DNA of 64,000 bases, taken from the NCBI GenBank assembly GCA_963677495.2, contig CAXXOU010000004.1, positions 1,312,001 through 1,376,000 on the forward strand, read 5' to 3'. Made by a program: the position numbers and the translations under genes. Below, one piece after another: positions 1 through 9,864 of the stretch. This stretch comes from Candidatus Cloacimonadales bacterium (GTDB lineage: Bacteria; Cloacimonadota; Cloacimonadia; Cloacimonadales; JAFGVF01). Numbering within the stretch: the first letter of the stretch is position 1; each line of letters opens with the position of its first letter. The notes beneath the pieces are model-generated. The model saw only the letters and a program-made list of their open reading frames with translations, did not search any database and was not told the origin of the DNA.

Positions 1-229
1 TTAGATTGCCATTACTCTCTTTTACATCATCAACAAAACTAGAGCTAATCATTACTGAAATTTGCTCAGATAAATTTGCTAGAGCCTCAATTTCTGCTTC
101 CCTAAAATTAACGTTCTCCCCTCTTCCATAAATATATAAATCAGTATTCTTAATCTGCTCCTCTGTTATAGAACTTAACGAAAAATTAACAAAAATCATA
201 AAGACACAAAGAACTAACTTGAAATTCAA
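1..229 (-). CDS. Partial secreted protein, LPP20-like N-terminal domain (runs off the window start; not in the ORF track)
   Basis: TTG at 229 preceded by SD AGGAGG. Translates MNFKLVLCVFMIFVNFSLSSITEEQIKNTDLYIYGRGENVNFREAEIEALANLSEQISVMISS..., a signal peptide plus a 'YG.G......A...AL..LS.QI' pattern typical of LPP20-like domains. Confidence 0.65.
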   Translation of the reverse strand, partial: MNFKLVLCVFMIFVNFSLSSITEEQIKNTDLYIYGRGENVNFREAEIEALANLSEQISVMISSSFVDDVKESNGNL

Positions 230-247
230 AAACCCTCCTAAATTAAA

Positions 248-961
248 CTATTGAGTACTCAAAACGTACAATATTCCTACAATGCTAGCAGTTAAGAGTA
301 TCCTTCCTCCCCAAGGCATTGTTTTATAATCATGTGTAATTGTTCGTTCAACAAGTTCAGTAACTGTTTTATATGTTGTCCCTGTCACAACCTCTTCTTC
401 GTAATATACAGGGATTTCTTGTTGAAGAAAAAAGAACCTTAAATCATTTAGAAATGAGGAGTCATATGAATTTCTAAACTTAATTGAAGCAGCTGATTCG
501 TTATGCAATAAGTCTACAATATTGAGAGTGAAACGATCGCCTAGTGGTCCAATATCTGAGATATACATTACGTAATCCATTTGGTTCTTTTTCAAGACTT
601 TCAGATCATTTTCAATAGTAACATCGATGGAATTTAGATTTAACAATTGTTTGAGAGTATTGGAATCATAAATCACAAACTTGTCATTCAAGTCAGGTAC
701 AGTTGTCAGATGATCAAATATCTGACTGACTATTGCATCAGTATTAGTACTAAATTCTTTAGTCTTAACTAAAGCAATTTCCACTGTTCCAGGTTTTTGA
801 CCGAAAAGATTCTGCTGTTCATACTTGACCTTTGTGACAGTTTCAACAATAGGAACTTCTACTTGTTTCTCCACAGGTACTTTCGAGATATATTCTTTGG
901 ATACTGTCACACAACCGGTGACAAAAAACAGTATACATAGTAAGAAAGCACTTACTCTCAT
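248..961 (-). CDS. Hypothetical lipoprotein with C-terminal membrane helix
   Basis: Lipobox FVTGC after a hydrophobic stretch; hydrophobic C-terminus; ATGA overlap with the upstream gene. Confidence 0.7.
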   Translation of the reverse strand: MRVSAFLLCILFFVTGCVTVSKEYISKVPVEKQVEVPIVETVTKVKYEQQNLFGQKPGTVEIALVKTKEFSTNTDAIVSQIFDHLTTVPDLNDKFVIYDSNTLKQLLNLNSIDVTIENDLKVLKKNQMDYVMYISDIGPLGDRFTLNIVDLLHNESAASIKFRNSYDSSFLNDLRFFFLQQEIPVYYEEEVVTGTTYKTVTELVERTITHDYKTMPWGGRILLTASIVGILYVLSTQ

Positions 962-2427
962 CGGACATTCTCTCCCTTACCAACAACTAAATTTACACTA
1001 TCATTTTCGTAAACAAAGGTTCCTGCAGGTGGATATGTTTTCAAAATTCTATCTGTCTTATCCTGACTTGTCCAAATGTATGAGACATTTCCAACTCTTA
1101 ACTTACGCCTAGTGAAATCTGTTTTTACAGACTTATAGAAATTGTTTTCATAATCAGGCATAGTGAAGCCTTTCTGAGTAAAGGTCAGAATAATTGATTT
1201 ATTCTCTTTATTGTAGATATAATCAAGTAATTTATGATGATCATTTCTACCCTTTCGCTCATAATTAATCTTCTTAATATAGATTCCATAACCTTTTAGT
1301 TTGTGGGTTACTGTGTCTATATCACTATCAATAAGCTTATCAAGTGTCTTCGTATTAACATACGACTTTTTTTGTTGCTGAATCACTTTAGTAGTATTTG
1401 GAGTTACAGAATCTTTGCTTAATGATTCTGTTGCAACCTTATCTTTTAAGCGATACTCTATTTTTTGTTCCGTTTTGGGATCGCTTAAACGTATTACTAC
1501 ATAGGAAATTCCACCAATAACTATCAATACAATCAAAATATCAAGAACGATTTTAATAACTAGTTTACTTTTAAAATCTTCTGAAGCAAACTGTTCTTCT
1601 CTAGGGTCAAATTCATTATGATAGAGGAATCCTTGATTGATATCATCAATTATGGAAAGTTGCTCCTCAAAGCTTTTAACTCGCTTTTCCGGGTCTACAG
1701 ATAAGTTTTTTTGTATCGCATTTCTTATTGATGAATTCATGCTTACATTGTAATAGTTAGGTCGAATATAGGTACCATTATTTATCTCGTTTAAAATGAC
1801 ATCTTTATCAACTGATGAAAATGGAATTCGTCCATCCGTGAAGATTTGATAGAGCATCATAGAATACTTATATAGCAAAGATTGCTCGGTCGCTACGCGC
1901 CCCTTCAACTCCTCAGGTGATCTATAAATCAAGAAATCATTAACTCCAAAAATCTCCTCAGGCTCAGTGAATATATGGCATATCACATCATTGATTGTAC
2001 AATATTGAAGCTTATGTGTCACAGTATTTACAAATAACAACTTATAGTGTGTATAATTGAAATTAAACTCTTCACCATTATGACATAAAACTTCCGTCAT
2101 TTCAAACAATGAAGGTATTAATCTGTTTCCAGAAATTAGTGATTCTTTCCTAGCTACTTCAAATAATGGAATCAAATCCTCAGCATCAATCACAAAGAAA
2201 GCTGTATTGTTTTCATTTCTATGATCAAGTAAGCTCATTCCACCCAATAAAGCTTGTACTCTATTATATCGTTTAACTAAATTAGTTATATTATGTCCAA
2301 TCTTATGATGAGTTATTTTTACGCCTAATTTCTGTTCACCCTTCTTCGATATAAAATAGTACTCAGCATTTTCAAACTTAAGGAATGAATCCTCAAAACC
2401 ATACTTTTGCATTAATGTATTTATCAT
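958..2427 (-). CDS. Membrane Ser/Thr kinase-like (probable pseudokinase) protein with C-terminal PASTA domain(s)
   Basis: Kinase C-lobe motifs YRSPEE, LYQIFTDGRIPF, DPEKR; one TM helix; PASTA-like end MPDY...ILKTYPPAGTFVYENDSVNLVVG. Confidence 0.7.
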   Translation of the reverse strand: MINTLMQKYGFEDSFLKFENAEYYFISKKGEQKLGVKITHHKIGHNITNLVKRYNRVQALLGGMSLLDHRNENNTAFFVIDAEDLIPLFEVARKESLISGNRLIPSLFEMTEVLCHNGEEFNFNYTHYKLLFVNTVTHKLQYCTINDVICHIFTEPEEIFGVNDFLIYRSPEELKGRVATEQSLLYKYSMMLYQIFTDGRIPFSSVDKDVILNEINNGTYIRPNYYNVSMNSSIRNAIQKNLSVDPEKRVKSFEEQLSIIDDINQGFLYHNEFDPREEQFASEDFKSKLVIKIVLDILIVLIVIGGISYVVIRLSDPKTEQKIEYRLKDKVATESLSKDSVTPNTTKVIQQQKKSYVNTKTLDKLIDSDIDTVTHKLKGYGIYIKKINYERKGRNDHHKLLDYIYNKENKSIILTFTQKGFTMPDYENNFYKSVKTDFTRRKLRVGNVSYIWTSQDKTDRILKTYPPAGTFVYENDSVNLVVGKGENVR

Positions 2428-2493
2428 AATAATTCCCTGAAATACTCCTTTAGAACATATTACTTACATAAACGATATTCGTAAAGAAATATG

Positions 2494-3603
2494 TTATTTC
2501 CATTTATAATTTCCAAATGTCCCTTTCAAACCAAACCACAAAAAGTGGATGACATAATAGATACCGAGAATCGGGTAAGTTTTTATTAAACCCGTCCTAC
2601 CAATCAGTTTTAAATAATTGGTAATGAACAATAACTCACCAATACTTTTTATTATTATAATCCTAAACCATACATCAAAATCCATAACTCCTAGTGCAAA
2701 AAGAATCGTATCAATCAACAGTAATATAAAAAATAAGAATACTAACCCACTTGTGACCTGTAAATAACGAGGATGATATCTAAGCTTAGAATATCTACGT
2801 GTCTCTAGATTAACTTGATCATTTATTGCAGATCTATCTTTGGAAGGAACTATTCCCTCTTCCCCAAGTAAATACGAGTAGTTCCTGATATAGGGAGCTA
2901 ATTTAAACATCATTAAATCATCATCACCTGAACGGATCGTACCTATTCCACTGTATCCATTTACCTTTTCAAACAAACTCTTCCTGTAAGCCATATTGCG
3001 TCCGGTTACTGTTAATGGTAGGTTCAATCCAAAACTTCCTGCTGAAATTCCAAAAAAGAAAGCTCGCTCTAGATTCTTAATGTTTTGATTGAACTTGTTA
3101 TCAAGAATCAATGGTGAATATCCACCTACAAAATCTACATCTCCAGTAAATGCTTTATTCATTTCACTAAGCCATTCGCTATCAGGAGTACAATCAGCAT
3201 CAGTAAATACTAGAATATCATGCTTAGAAATCGCAATTGCTTCTGTTAATGCATTCTTCTTGCCTATAAGATTTGGTTTCTGAGACTCAACTGTCACATA
3301 TCTAACTAGTTCAGGATATTTGATAGAATACTCTTCCAAAATAGTAGCAGTGGTATCAGTCGATCTATCATTTGCAATAACAACTTCATAGCTTTCATTT
3401 GAGTAGTTTTGAGAGATTAATGCTTGTAGTAAAGATTCAATATTATCTTCTTCATTCCTAGCAGCTATTATCACGGATAACTTCTGTGGCTCTCCACTAT
3501 ACCTTTTCTTAGTTACTATCTTTACTAAGCCATACAATAGTACTAGATAAAACACGGCATAACTTATTGATAAAACATATGATATTACAGTCAAGGTTAT
3601 CAT
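2494..3603 (-). CDS. Glycosyltransferase family 2, membrane-bound
   Basis: SVIIAARNEE, DRSTD, FTDAD (DxD) and SGDDD motifs; N- and C-terminal TM helices. Confidence 0.9.
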   Translation of the reverse strand: MITLTVISYVLSISYAVFYLVLLYGLVKIVTKKRYSGEPQKLSVIIAARNEEDNIESLLQALISQNYSNESYEVVIANDRSTDTTATILEEYSIKYPELVRYVTVESQKPNLIGKKNALTEAIAISKHDILVFTDADCTPDSEWLSEMNKAFTGDVDFVGGYSPLILDNKFNQNIKNLERAFFFGISAGSFGLNLPLTVTGRNMAYRKSLFEKVNGYSGIGTIRSGDDDLMMFKLAPYIRNYSYLLGEEGIVPSKDRSAINDQVNLETRRYSKLRYHPRYLQVTSGLVFLFFILLLIDTILFALGVMDFDVWFRIIIIKSIGELLFITNYLKLIGRTGLIKTYPILGIYYVIHFLWFGLKGTFGNYKWK

Positions 3604-5219
3604 AATTGTTTAACCACCGAGTTTGTCTTTTTTACAAAACCTGCCAACTTAGGAGATTTGGTTTCTAGAGATCCCATATCAAACTTCTGAGATTCACTTT
3701 TCTTCTCTACTACTTGTATATTTACTGTTTTCAAATCTGAGTTAAACCTGTTATTGATTATTAAAAGTAGTTCCTTCTCAAAACCTTTTATTCGGTCACC
3801 TATCATTTTATTGTCAGTATAAAGCTCTAAGGCAGTAACACTTAAAGACACTATTCTTACATCTTGAAGATAATTTCCGGTAAAAGCACTCTTCTTTTTT
3901 GCTACTTCGACAACATCTCCCCAGTGCATTTTTAGCTCTTCAGTACTAAGCACTTTATCTACTTGAGGAGCAACTTCTTCAACATCATTGTGATTCGTGG
4001 TCATCTCCTGAATAACAGGAGCAGGGGATTCCTCCTTACTAAATGATGGATACTCAGGTATATTATGATTGCTTACCTGAGTAGTTTCCTGAAAAGGGGA
4101 GTTATTCATCCTTTCAACTAAATCTGAGACTCCAATCATCTCCTCTGCTTTACTGAGTTTCAATAACGCAATTTCCGTAAGCATTACAGAATTGGAACCC
4201 GATTTAATATCTTCTTTTAGCTTCATAAGCATTGAGATATAGTAGAGTAGTGTATTTTCTTCAAAAGCTGTTGCTACCTTCTGGAACATCGAGAGCATAG
4301 ACTCAGGAACATCAGTAAGTTTTACCCCAATCTTCATCAATAGAAGCTTGCGGATAAACTCCATAAGTCCATTCAAGAACTCTTGCAGATCTTTTCCCGC
4401 TTCAACCACACCATGAAAGTTGACTAAAAGCTCTTTATAAGCACCTGTCTTAATGTTTCTCATTATCTCAATGAATAGGTCATAAGGTAATATACCAAAA
4501 ATGTCCTGCACTTTTTCATAAGTAATATCATCATTACAATATGATATTACCTGATCGAAGAGTGACAATGCGTCTCTCATTCCCCCATCAGCTTTTTGTG
4601 CCACTATATAGAGTGATTCCTCATCTGTCTTAATCTGCTCTTTTTCTGCAATATCTTTAAGTCTTTGCACAATAGCATCAACAGGAATACTCTTGAAATC
4701 GAAGCGTTGACACCTTGAAATAATCGTAGGCAACACTTTATGGGGTTCTGTAGTGGCAAAGATAAATATTACTTTATCAGGTGGTTCTTCAAGTGTTTTT
4801 AGAAGTGCATTAAAGGCACTTTTGGAGAGCATGTGAACTTCATCAATAATATATATCTTATAGTCAGATGTTGCCGACATGTAAATAAGATCTTTCTGAA
4901 GATCTCTAACATCATCAACACTAGTATTTGATGCACCATCAATTTCAACCACATCCTGTGAAGTTCCGTTTGTAATCTGGACACAGTTAGAACACTTGTT
5001 ACAAGGATGAGCAGATGTACCCACTTCGCAATTGAGACTTTTCGCCAGAATCCTGGCCATTGATGTTTTTCCAACACCACGTGGTCCTGCAAAAAGGTAT
5101 GCCTGAGCGACTCTATTCATCTCAATGGCATTAATTAATATTCGTGTTATATGATCCTGGGCATATACTTCTTCAAATGTTTGAGGTCGGTACTTTCTAG
5201 CTAAAACTGTATAAGACAT
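3600..5219 (-). CDS. dnaX: DNA polymerase III subunit gamma/tau
   Basis: LARKYRPQTF, Walker A GPRGVGKT, Cys zinc module, DEVHML, SRC motif. Confidence 0.97.
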   Translation of the reverse strand: MSYTVLARKYRPQTFEEVYAQDHITRILINAIEMNRVAQAYLFAGPRGVGKTSMARILAKSLNCEVGTSAHPCNKCSNCVQITNGTSQDVVEIDGASNTSVDDVRDLQKDLIYMSATSDYKIYIIDEVHMLSKSAFNALLKTLEEPPDKVIFIFATTEPHKVLPTIISRCQRFDFKSIPVDAIVQRLKDIAEKEQIKTDEESLYIVAQKADGGMRDALSLFDQVISYCNDDITYEKVQDIFGILPYDLFIEIMRNIKTGAYKELLVNFHGVVEAGKDLQEFLNGLMEFIRKLLLMKIGVKLTDVPESMLSMFQKVATAFEENTLLYYISMLMKLKEDIKSGSNSVMLTEIALLKLSKAEEMIGVSDLVERMNNSPFQETTQVSNHNIPEYPSFSKEESPAPVIQEMTTNHNDVEEVAPQVDKVLSTEELKMHWGDVVEVAKKKSAFTGNYLQDVRIVSLSVTALELYTDNKMIGDRIKGFEKELLLIINNRFNSDLKTVNIQVVEKKSESQKFDMGSLETKSPKLAGFVKKTNSVVKQL

Positions 5220-5398
5220 CTACTCTCCACACACTTTTTTCGATTATTCAGTATAGGATGAGATTAGTCTATTCTTGTCAAGTGACATTTCCATTCTCAT
5301 TTTTACTACTTCAGATATTAGACCCAGTCTGTTTCAAAGTGCAAAAAAGTCCGAACAAAAAATCTATAATTAAGCTTTTATTTCACCCTCTGTTCCCT

Positions 5399-5522
5399 GC
5401 AGTAATTCTTAGCAAATCCTTGGTCAACACTTGGCAAACCCTTGGCCAATTCTTGGCCTAATTACTAAGAAATTGCTAAGTTAATACCAAGATATCGCTA
5501 TCCCATTACAAAGAATTACTGC
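5399..5522. repeat. 124-bp dispersed intergenic element, copy 1 (GCAGTAAT...ATTACTGC ends, phased CTTGG/CCAAG arms)
   Basis: Aligns by eye with 22843-22966 (reverse complement) and 37886-38009; all three are 124 bp between the terminal inverted repeats. Confidence 0.8.
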
Positions 5523-5707
5523 TGAGACTAGAATGAGAATTTCAGCTAATAGCTTACATTATAACTTTGTACTCTACGGTTAAGATCAGCCAAGAACTGA
5601 AGGGAAAACAGTAAGTTGTTTCTTAATTATTTTAAGCGTATTTCGTTAAATCAATATCTACTTTAGTGCTTGACAAAACAAAACGTTCTAAGTCACTTAA
5701 ATGTAGT

Positions 5708-5784
5708 CGGGATGTAGCGCAGTTTGGTAGCGCGTTCGGTTCGGGACCGAGAGGCCGCTGGTTCAAATCCAGTCATCCCGACCA
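5708..5784 (+). tRNA. tRNA-Pro (anticodon CGG)
   Basis: CGGGATG acceptor stem pairs with CATCCCG; anticodon loop TT-CGG-GA; GGTTCAAATCC T-arm; encoded CCA; TTGACA upstream. Confidence 0.97.
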
Positions 5785-5963
5785 AACTTAAAATAAATCA
5801 GCCATAAATAATATTAATAATCTCCGTATCCCCAATATATTATGTTGCGTGAACAATGAGTAAAAAGTTATGTAGCTATATCATTCCTTTTGCTATGTTA
5901 GTTTTTGATTGACAAGCAGACAGATAAAAGATTTCTTCTCAAAAAAATCCTTGGGAGGTATAT

Positions 5964-6914
5964 GTGAAAAAGATTTTTGTTCTTGGAGCTGCCGGACAGA
6001 TAGGTTCAGAGCTCGTTACATATCTTCGTAACATCTACGGAAACAGCAATGTTATAGCTGCTGATATTCATGATAATTGTCCACAAGAAGTAAAAGAAGA
6101 TGGACCTTTTGAAATACTTAACGCTCTTGATGGAGAGAAGTTCCGCAAACTGATTATTGATAATAATGTTGATACTATTTATAATCTTGTTGCTATGCTT
6201 TCAGCTAAAGGTGAAGCAAATCCAAAAGCTGCTTGGGATCTCAATATGGGCGCTCTCTTCAACTCACTTGAGATTGCTAAAGAGATTAAAGGTGCTGTTT
6301 TCACTCCAAGTTCAATCGGTGCTTTTGGTGCCAGCACACCTATGGACAACACTCCTCAGGACACCCTAATGCGTCCTAACACTGTTTATGGTATATCTAA
6401 GGTTGCAGGTGAATTACTAAGTGACTACTATTATGAGAAGTTTGGTGTTGATGCCCGTGGTGTAAGATATCCTGGTATTATCTCAAACGTTACTCTCCCC
6501 GGTGGTGGTACAACTGATTACGCAGTAGAGATCTATTATGATGCTATAAAGAAGAAAGAGTATACCTGTAATCTTCCTGCAGGCGCATTCCTTGATATGA
6601 TGTATATGCCTGATGCACTTGATGCAGCTGTTAAGCTTATGGAAGCTGATTCTTGCAGACTCAAACATAGAAATTGCTTCAACGTTACTGCCATGAGCTT
6701 TGACCCTGAGCGTATCGCTGCTGAGATTAAGAAACATATCCCAGAGTTCAAAATGAACTATGACGTTGACCCAGTGAAAGAGAAGATAGCCGCTACATGG
6801 CCTAACTCAATGGACGATACTGCTGCTCGTGAAGAGTGGGACTGGAATCCTAAATATGACTTGGCAGGTATGACTAAAGACATGCTTGATGTCTTGAGCA
6901 AGAAACTTAAATAA
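5964..6914 (+). CDS. L-threonine 3-dehydrogenase, SDR / NAD-dependent epimerase type
   Basis: GAAGQIG, PSSIGAFG, YGISK, PGGGTTDYAV and MMYMPD motifs of SDR-type TDH; GTG start with GGAGG. Confidence 0.88.
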   Translation: MKKIFVLGAAGQIGSELVTYLRNIYGNSNVIAADIHDNCPQEVKEDGPFEILNALDGEKFRKLIIDNNVDTIYNLVAMLSAKGEANPKAAWDLNMGALFNSLEIAKEIKGAVFTPSSIGAFGASTPMDNTPQDTLMRPNTVYGISKVAGELLSDYYYEKFGVDARGVRYPGIISNVTLPGGGTTDYAVEIYYDAIKKKEYTCNLPAGAFLDMMYMPDALDAAVKLMEADSCRLKHRNCFNVTAMSFDPERIAAEIKKHIPEFKMNYDVDPVKEKIAATWPNSMDDTAAREEWDWNPKYDLAGMTKDMLDVLSKKLK

Positions 6915-6922
6915 ATCTTTGT

Positions 6923-6962
6923 CGGGAAAGGCTTAATCAATCCTTTCCCGCTCTCTTTTTTA
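6923..6962 (+). terminator. Rho-independent terminator
   Basis: CGGGAAAGG...CCTTTCCCG stem followed by a T-rich tract. Confidence 0.75.
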
Positions 6963-6964
6963 TT

Positions 6965-7378
6965 ATGCCATATTTTGATAGACTTGAGTTTCCTAGAAAC
7001 CATAATATTTCAACTACGATTAAGTTCGTTCTCTTCATCATAGTTATTTTAGCTATAATTGGCAGGAGTGTGTGGATAAATCATCGGAAGAAATCGTTGA
7101 TTATCACTAATGTTGAAGTTATAGAGAGTTCTCGTACAACTATTGATGTTGGTTTCATGGTGACAAATGCTAAAGATTACTCTCAGAAGCGAGAGTTCTT
7201 GATTAAAGTTTATGATGATGATAAAAAAGAGATCGGGAGCCGTATGATACGTCTCGATAATCCGGCTAATAGTACTAAACGATATAGGAAAGTACTCTCA
7301 AAATTCAAGCGTCCGCTTGGTGAGAATGAGAAGTTCACCAATGCAGAAGTGACGCTCTATGAACCATCGATATTTTAA
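6965..7378 (+). CDS. Hypothetical membrane-anchored protein with small beta-rich domain
   Basis: One N-terminal TM helix, then a beta-rich soluble part; no recognised motif. Confidence 0.7.
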   Translation: MPYFDRLEFPRNHNISTTIKFVLFIIVILAIIGRSVWINHRKKSLIITNVEVIESSRTTIDVGFMVTNAKDYSQKREFLIKVYDDDKKEIGSRMIRLDNPANSTKRYRKVLSKFKRPLGENEKFTNAEVTLYEPSIF

Positions 7379-7401
7379 AATAAAGATATAAAGGAAAAAT
7401 T

Positions 7402-8601
7402 ATGAAGTTCAACAACATGTTTTCTGAAAAGACAAAGGGCATGGGCGCATCCATGATTCGTGAATTAGTTGCAACAACTAAAGGTATTCCGGGACTCATC
7501 TCTCTTGCGGGTGGTTTCCCTTCACCTGATAGCTTCAACAAAGAAGAGATTGCTGAATGCTACAAAGAAGTTGTGATTGAGTTTGGTGAAGATATTCTTC
7601 AATATGGTGCCAGTGAAGGTGATGCTGTACTCAAAAATGAGCTCAAGAAATGGGAAAAGTATGAGAATATTACTGATGATGAGATGCTTATTACAGTTGG
7701 CTCAACAAATGCAATATATTACTTTACAAAGACATTCATAAATCAAGGTGATGTAATCATTTGTGAAGCCCCAAGTTTCTTAGGATCATTGGTCTCTTTC
7801 GAAGCTGAAGGTGCTGAATTAGTATCTGTTGAAATGGACTTTGAGGGTATTGACCTTGTAGAACTCAAGAAAGCTTTGGATAAGTGCAAAGAGGAAGGAA
7901 AGAATGTTAAGTTCTTATACACTATTCCTAACTTCCAAAACCCAACTGGTATCACAATGTCTCTTCAACGTAGAAAGGACCTCTTAGAGCTTATGGCTCA
8001 GTATCAGACTCCTATCTTAGAAGATGACCCATACGGTTCTCTCAGATATACAGGTGAACATGTTCCTTCATTGTTCAACCTTGCTGAAGATATCAACAAA
8101 CGTGGACTTGTAACCCTTGTTAAATCATTCTCAAAGATACTCGGACCGGGACTCAGAATCGCTTATGCTGTATCCAGTGAAGAGATTATCGGTAAGATGT
8201 GCTCTTGGCAACAGAAGGTAAATGTGACTCCAGGTTGTGTTACTGAAAGAATGGTTGGCCGTTATATGGAAAAAGGACTTCTTACGAAGCAAATTGATAA
8301 GATTAATGAACTTTACACACCGTATTGGGAAGCCATGCTTGAAGCATTAGAAGAGTTTATGCCTTCACATATCACATGGACAAAACCGGAAGGCGGAATG
8401 TTCATCTGGCTTACTTTACCTGAAGATATGGACGCTGATGAGCTGTTTGTTAAAGCACGTGAACAGAAAGTTGCTTTCATTCCCGGTAGTAAGTTCTTCC
8501 CTAAAGGACAAGAGCAATCAAATTGCTTAAGACTGAACTACAGTTACGCTAAACCTGAAGTTATCAGAGAAGGTGTTAAACGTCTTGCTTCAATAATGTA
8601 A
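7402..8601 (+). CDS. PLP-dependent class I/II aminotransferase (LysN/2-aminoadipate transaminase-like)
   Basis: ISLAGGFP, YTIPNFQNPTG, EDDPYG, SFSKILGPGLR, PEGGMFIW motifs. Confidence 0.9.
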   Translation: MKFNNMFSEKTKGMGASMIRELVATTKGIPGLISLAGGFPSPDSFNKEEIAECYKEVVIEFGEDILQYGASEGDAVLKNELKKWEKYENITDDEMLITVGSTNAIYYFTKTFINQGDVIICEAPSFLGSLVSFEAEGAELVSVEMDFEGIDLVELKKALDKCKEEGKNVKFLYTIPNFQNPTGITMSLQRRKDLLELMAQYQTPILEDDPYGSLRYTGEHVPSLFNLAEDINKRGLVTLVKSFSKILGPGLRIAYAVSSEEIIGKMCSWQQKVNVTPGCVTERMVGRYMEKGLLTKQIDKINELYTPYWEAMLEALEEFMPSHITWTKPEGGMFIWLTLPEDMDADELFVKAREQKVAFIPGSKFFPKGQEQSNCLRLNYSYAKPEVIREGVKRLASIM

Positions 8602-8623
8602 TGATAGTTTTATAGATATTACA

Positions 8624-8646
8624 AAGGCTACCGATTCGGTAGCCTT
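8624..8646. terminator. Bidirectional terminator hairpin between convergent genes
   Basis: AAGGCTACCG-ATT-CGGTAGCCTT perfect stem. Confidence 0.75.
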
Positions 8647-8652
8647 ATTTCT

Positions 8653-9861
8653 TTATTGCTTCTCCCCTTTCCGAAGAGATTCAATTAAATCAAGATTCTT
8701 CTGCGCAAACTCAAAGTTCGGTTGATGTTTAAGGCATCTTCGAAGATACTTCTCTGCTTCATCGTAATCATTACGAGCAAGCGCAATAATAGCAAGATTG
8801 TTAAGGGTTTTGATCTCCTTAGGATTATACTTCAGAATCTCGAGATACACTTCTTTAGCTGAATCAAGATCGTTCTCAGCTTGTAGAATAAACCCATAGT
8901 TGTATCTTGCATTTACAAAGGTCTTATCAATCGTAATTGCCTTTAAGAAGAAATCTTTAGCCTTAGCATTCATAGCACTGAGTGTATAATATAGTCCCCA
9001 ATAATACATTACATCTGCTGAGTCAGGATATGTAGTTCTATACTTTTTCAGGTACTCATAAGCATTTCCAAGTTGTTCTTGTGTCATATGGGTAGCAATG
9101 AATCTTATAGTATCAGATTCGGCATAGACTAGTTTCATCTCACCTAATATGCGAGCTTTAACATACCATACTCCATTCTTAATCATGAGATGAATAGTAA
9201 AGTCTGTCTTATGATTAACATCAAACTGTACTAAGGCTTCATTTTGATTCTCACTTAAAGCTGAAGATACTATTCTGAATGTTTTGAATTTAGACATTGG
9301 CTTATTGATTTTAATATGTTCAACAAACTCATTATTAAAATCATACTCTAAAGATTGGAGTGTTAATGGATATAACTCCTCCCACTCCTCAGCTATGAAA
9401 GCATTCAAGTATTTAGTTGCAACAATCTCATAGTCATTACGCTCAGGAAACTCTTTAGTTGAATCTATAGCAAGCTTTTTGAAAAGGTATCTAATTGGCA
9501 TATATGTCGGCACTTTTGTAGTTGGGAATAGAGCTTCGATTTCATGTCTTCCTTCCTCAGTTTTGGCTAATTCAGACGGGATTCTTCCCTTTAGCTCTTC
9601 TGCTTCCATATATATCCATCTATCCATCTGCTTCTTAAGGAAGTTTTCCTGTTCAGTTATGGAATCAACTTTATTCTTTGAGAACTGCATGAAACCGCTT
9701 TCTCTTTTGAAGTTGTACTCACACTCATCAGGACAGTTGTTATCCATCTTTTGGTCGAGACAGCAGTTCCAACAAATTGTTTTGCCTACTCTCAGGCAAT
9801 ATCTATGCTCTCTGTTATTTCGGCATACGTGACATCTATTGTTCTTAAATAAACTTAACAA
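8653..9861 (-). CDS. TPR protein with Cys-rich N-terminus
   Basis: CHVC..C..CWNCC..C..C cluster; C-terminal TPR repeats (ARYNYGFIL, TLNNLAII, AQKNL). Confidence 0.8.
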   Translation of the reverse strand: MLSLFKNNRCHVCRNNREHRYCLRVGKTICWNCCLDQKMDNNCPDECEYNFKRESGFMQFSKNKVDSITEQENFLKKQMDRWIYMEAEELKGRIPSELAKTEEGRHEIEALFPTTKVPTYMPIRYLFKKLAIDSTKEFPERNDYEIVATKYLNAFIAEEWEELYPLTLQSLEYDFNNEFVEHIKINKPMSKFKTFRIVSSALSENQNEALVQFDVNHKTDFTIHLMIKNGVWYVKARILGEMKLVYAESDTIRFIATHMTQEQLGNAYEYLKKYRTTYPDSADVMYYWGLYYTLSAMNAKAKDFFLKAITIDKTFVNARYNYGFILQAENDLDSAKEVYLEILKYNPKEIKTLNNLAIIALARNDYDEAEKYLRRCLKHQPNFEFAQKNLDLIESLRKGEKQ

Positions 9862-9864
9862 ATT

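Noticed and set aside
5708..5784. tRNA-Pro as an island or prophage attachment site
   Set aside because: No integrase, no duplicated tRNA 3' end, and housekeeping genes on both sides.
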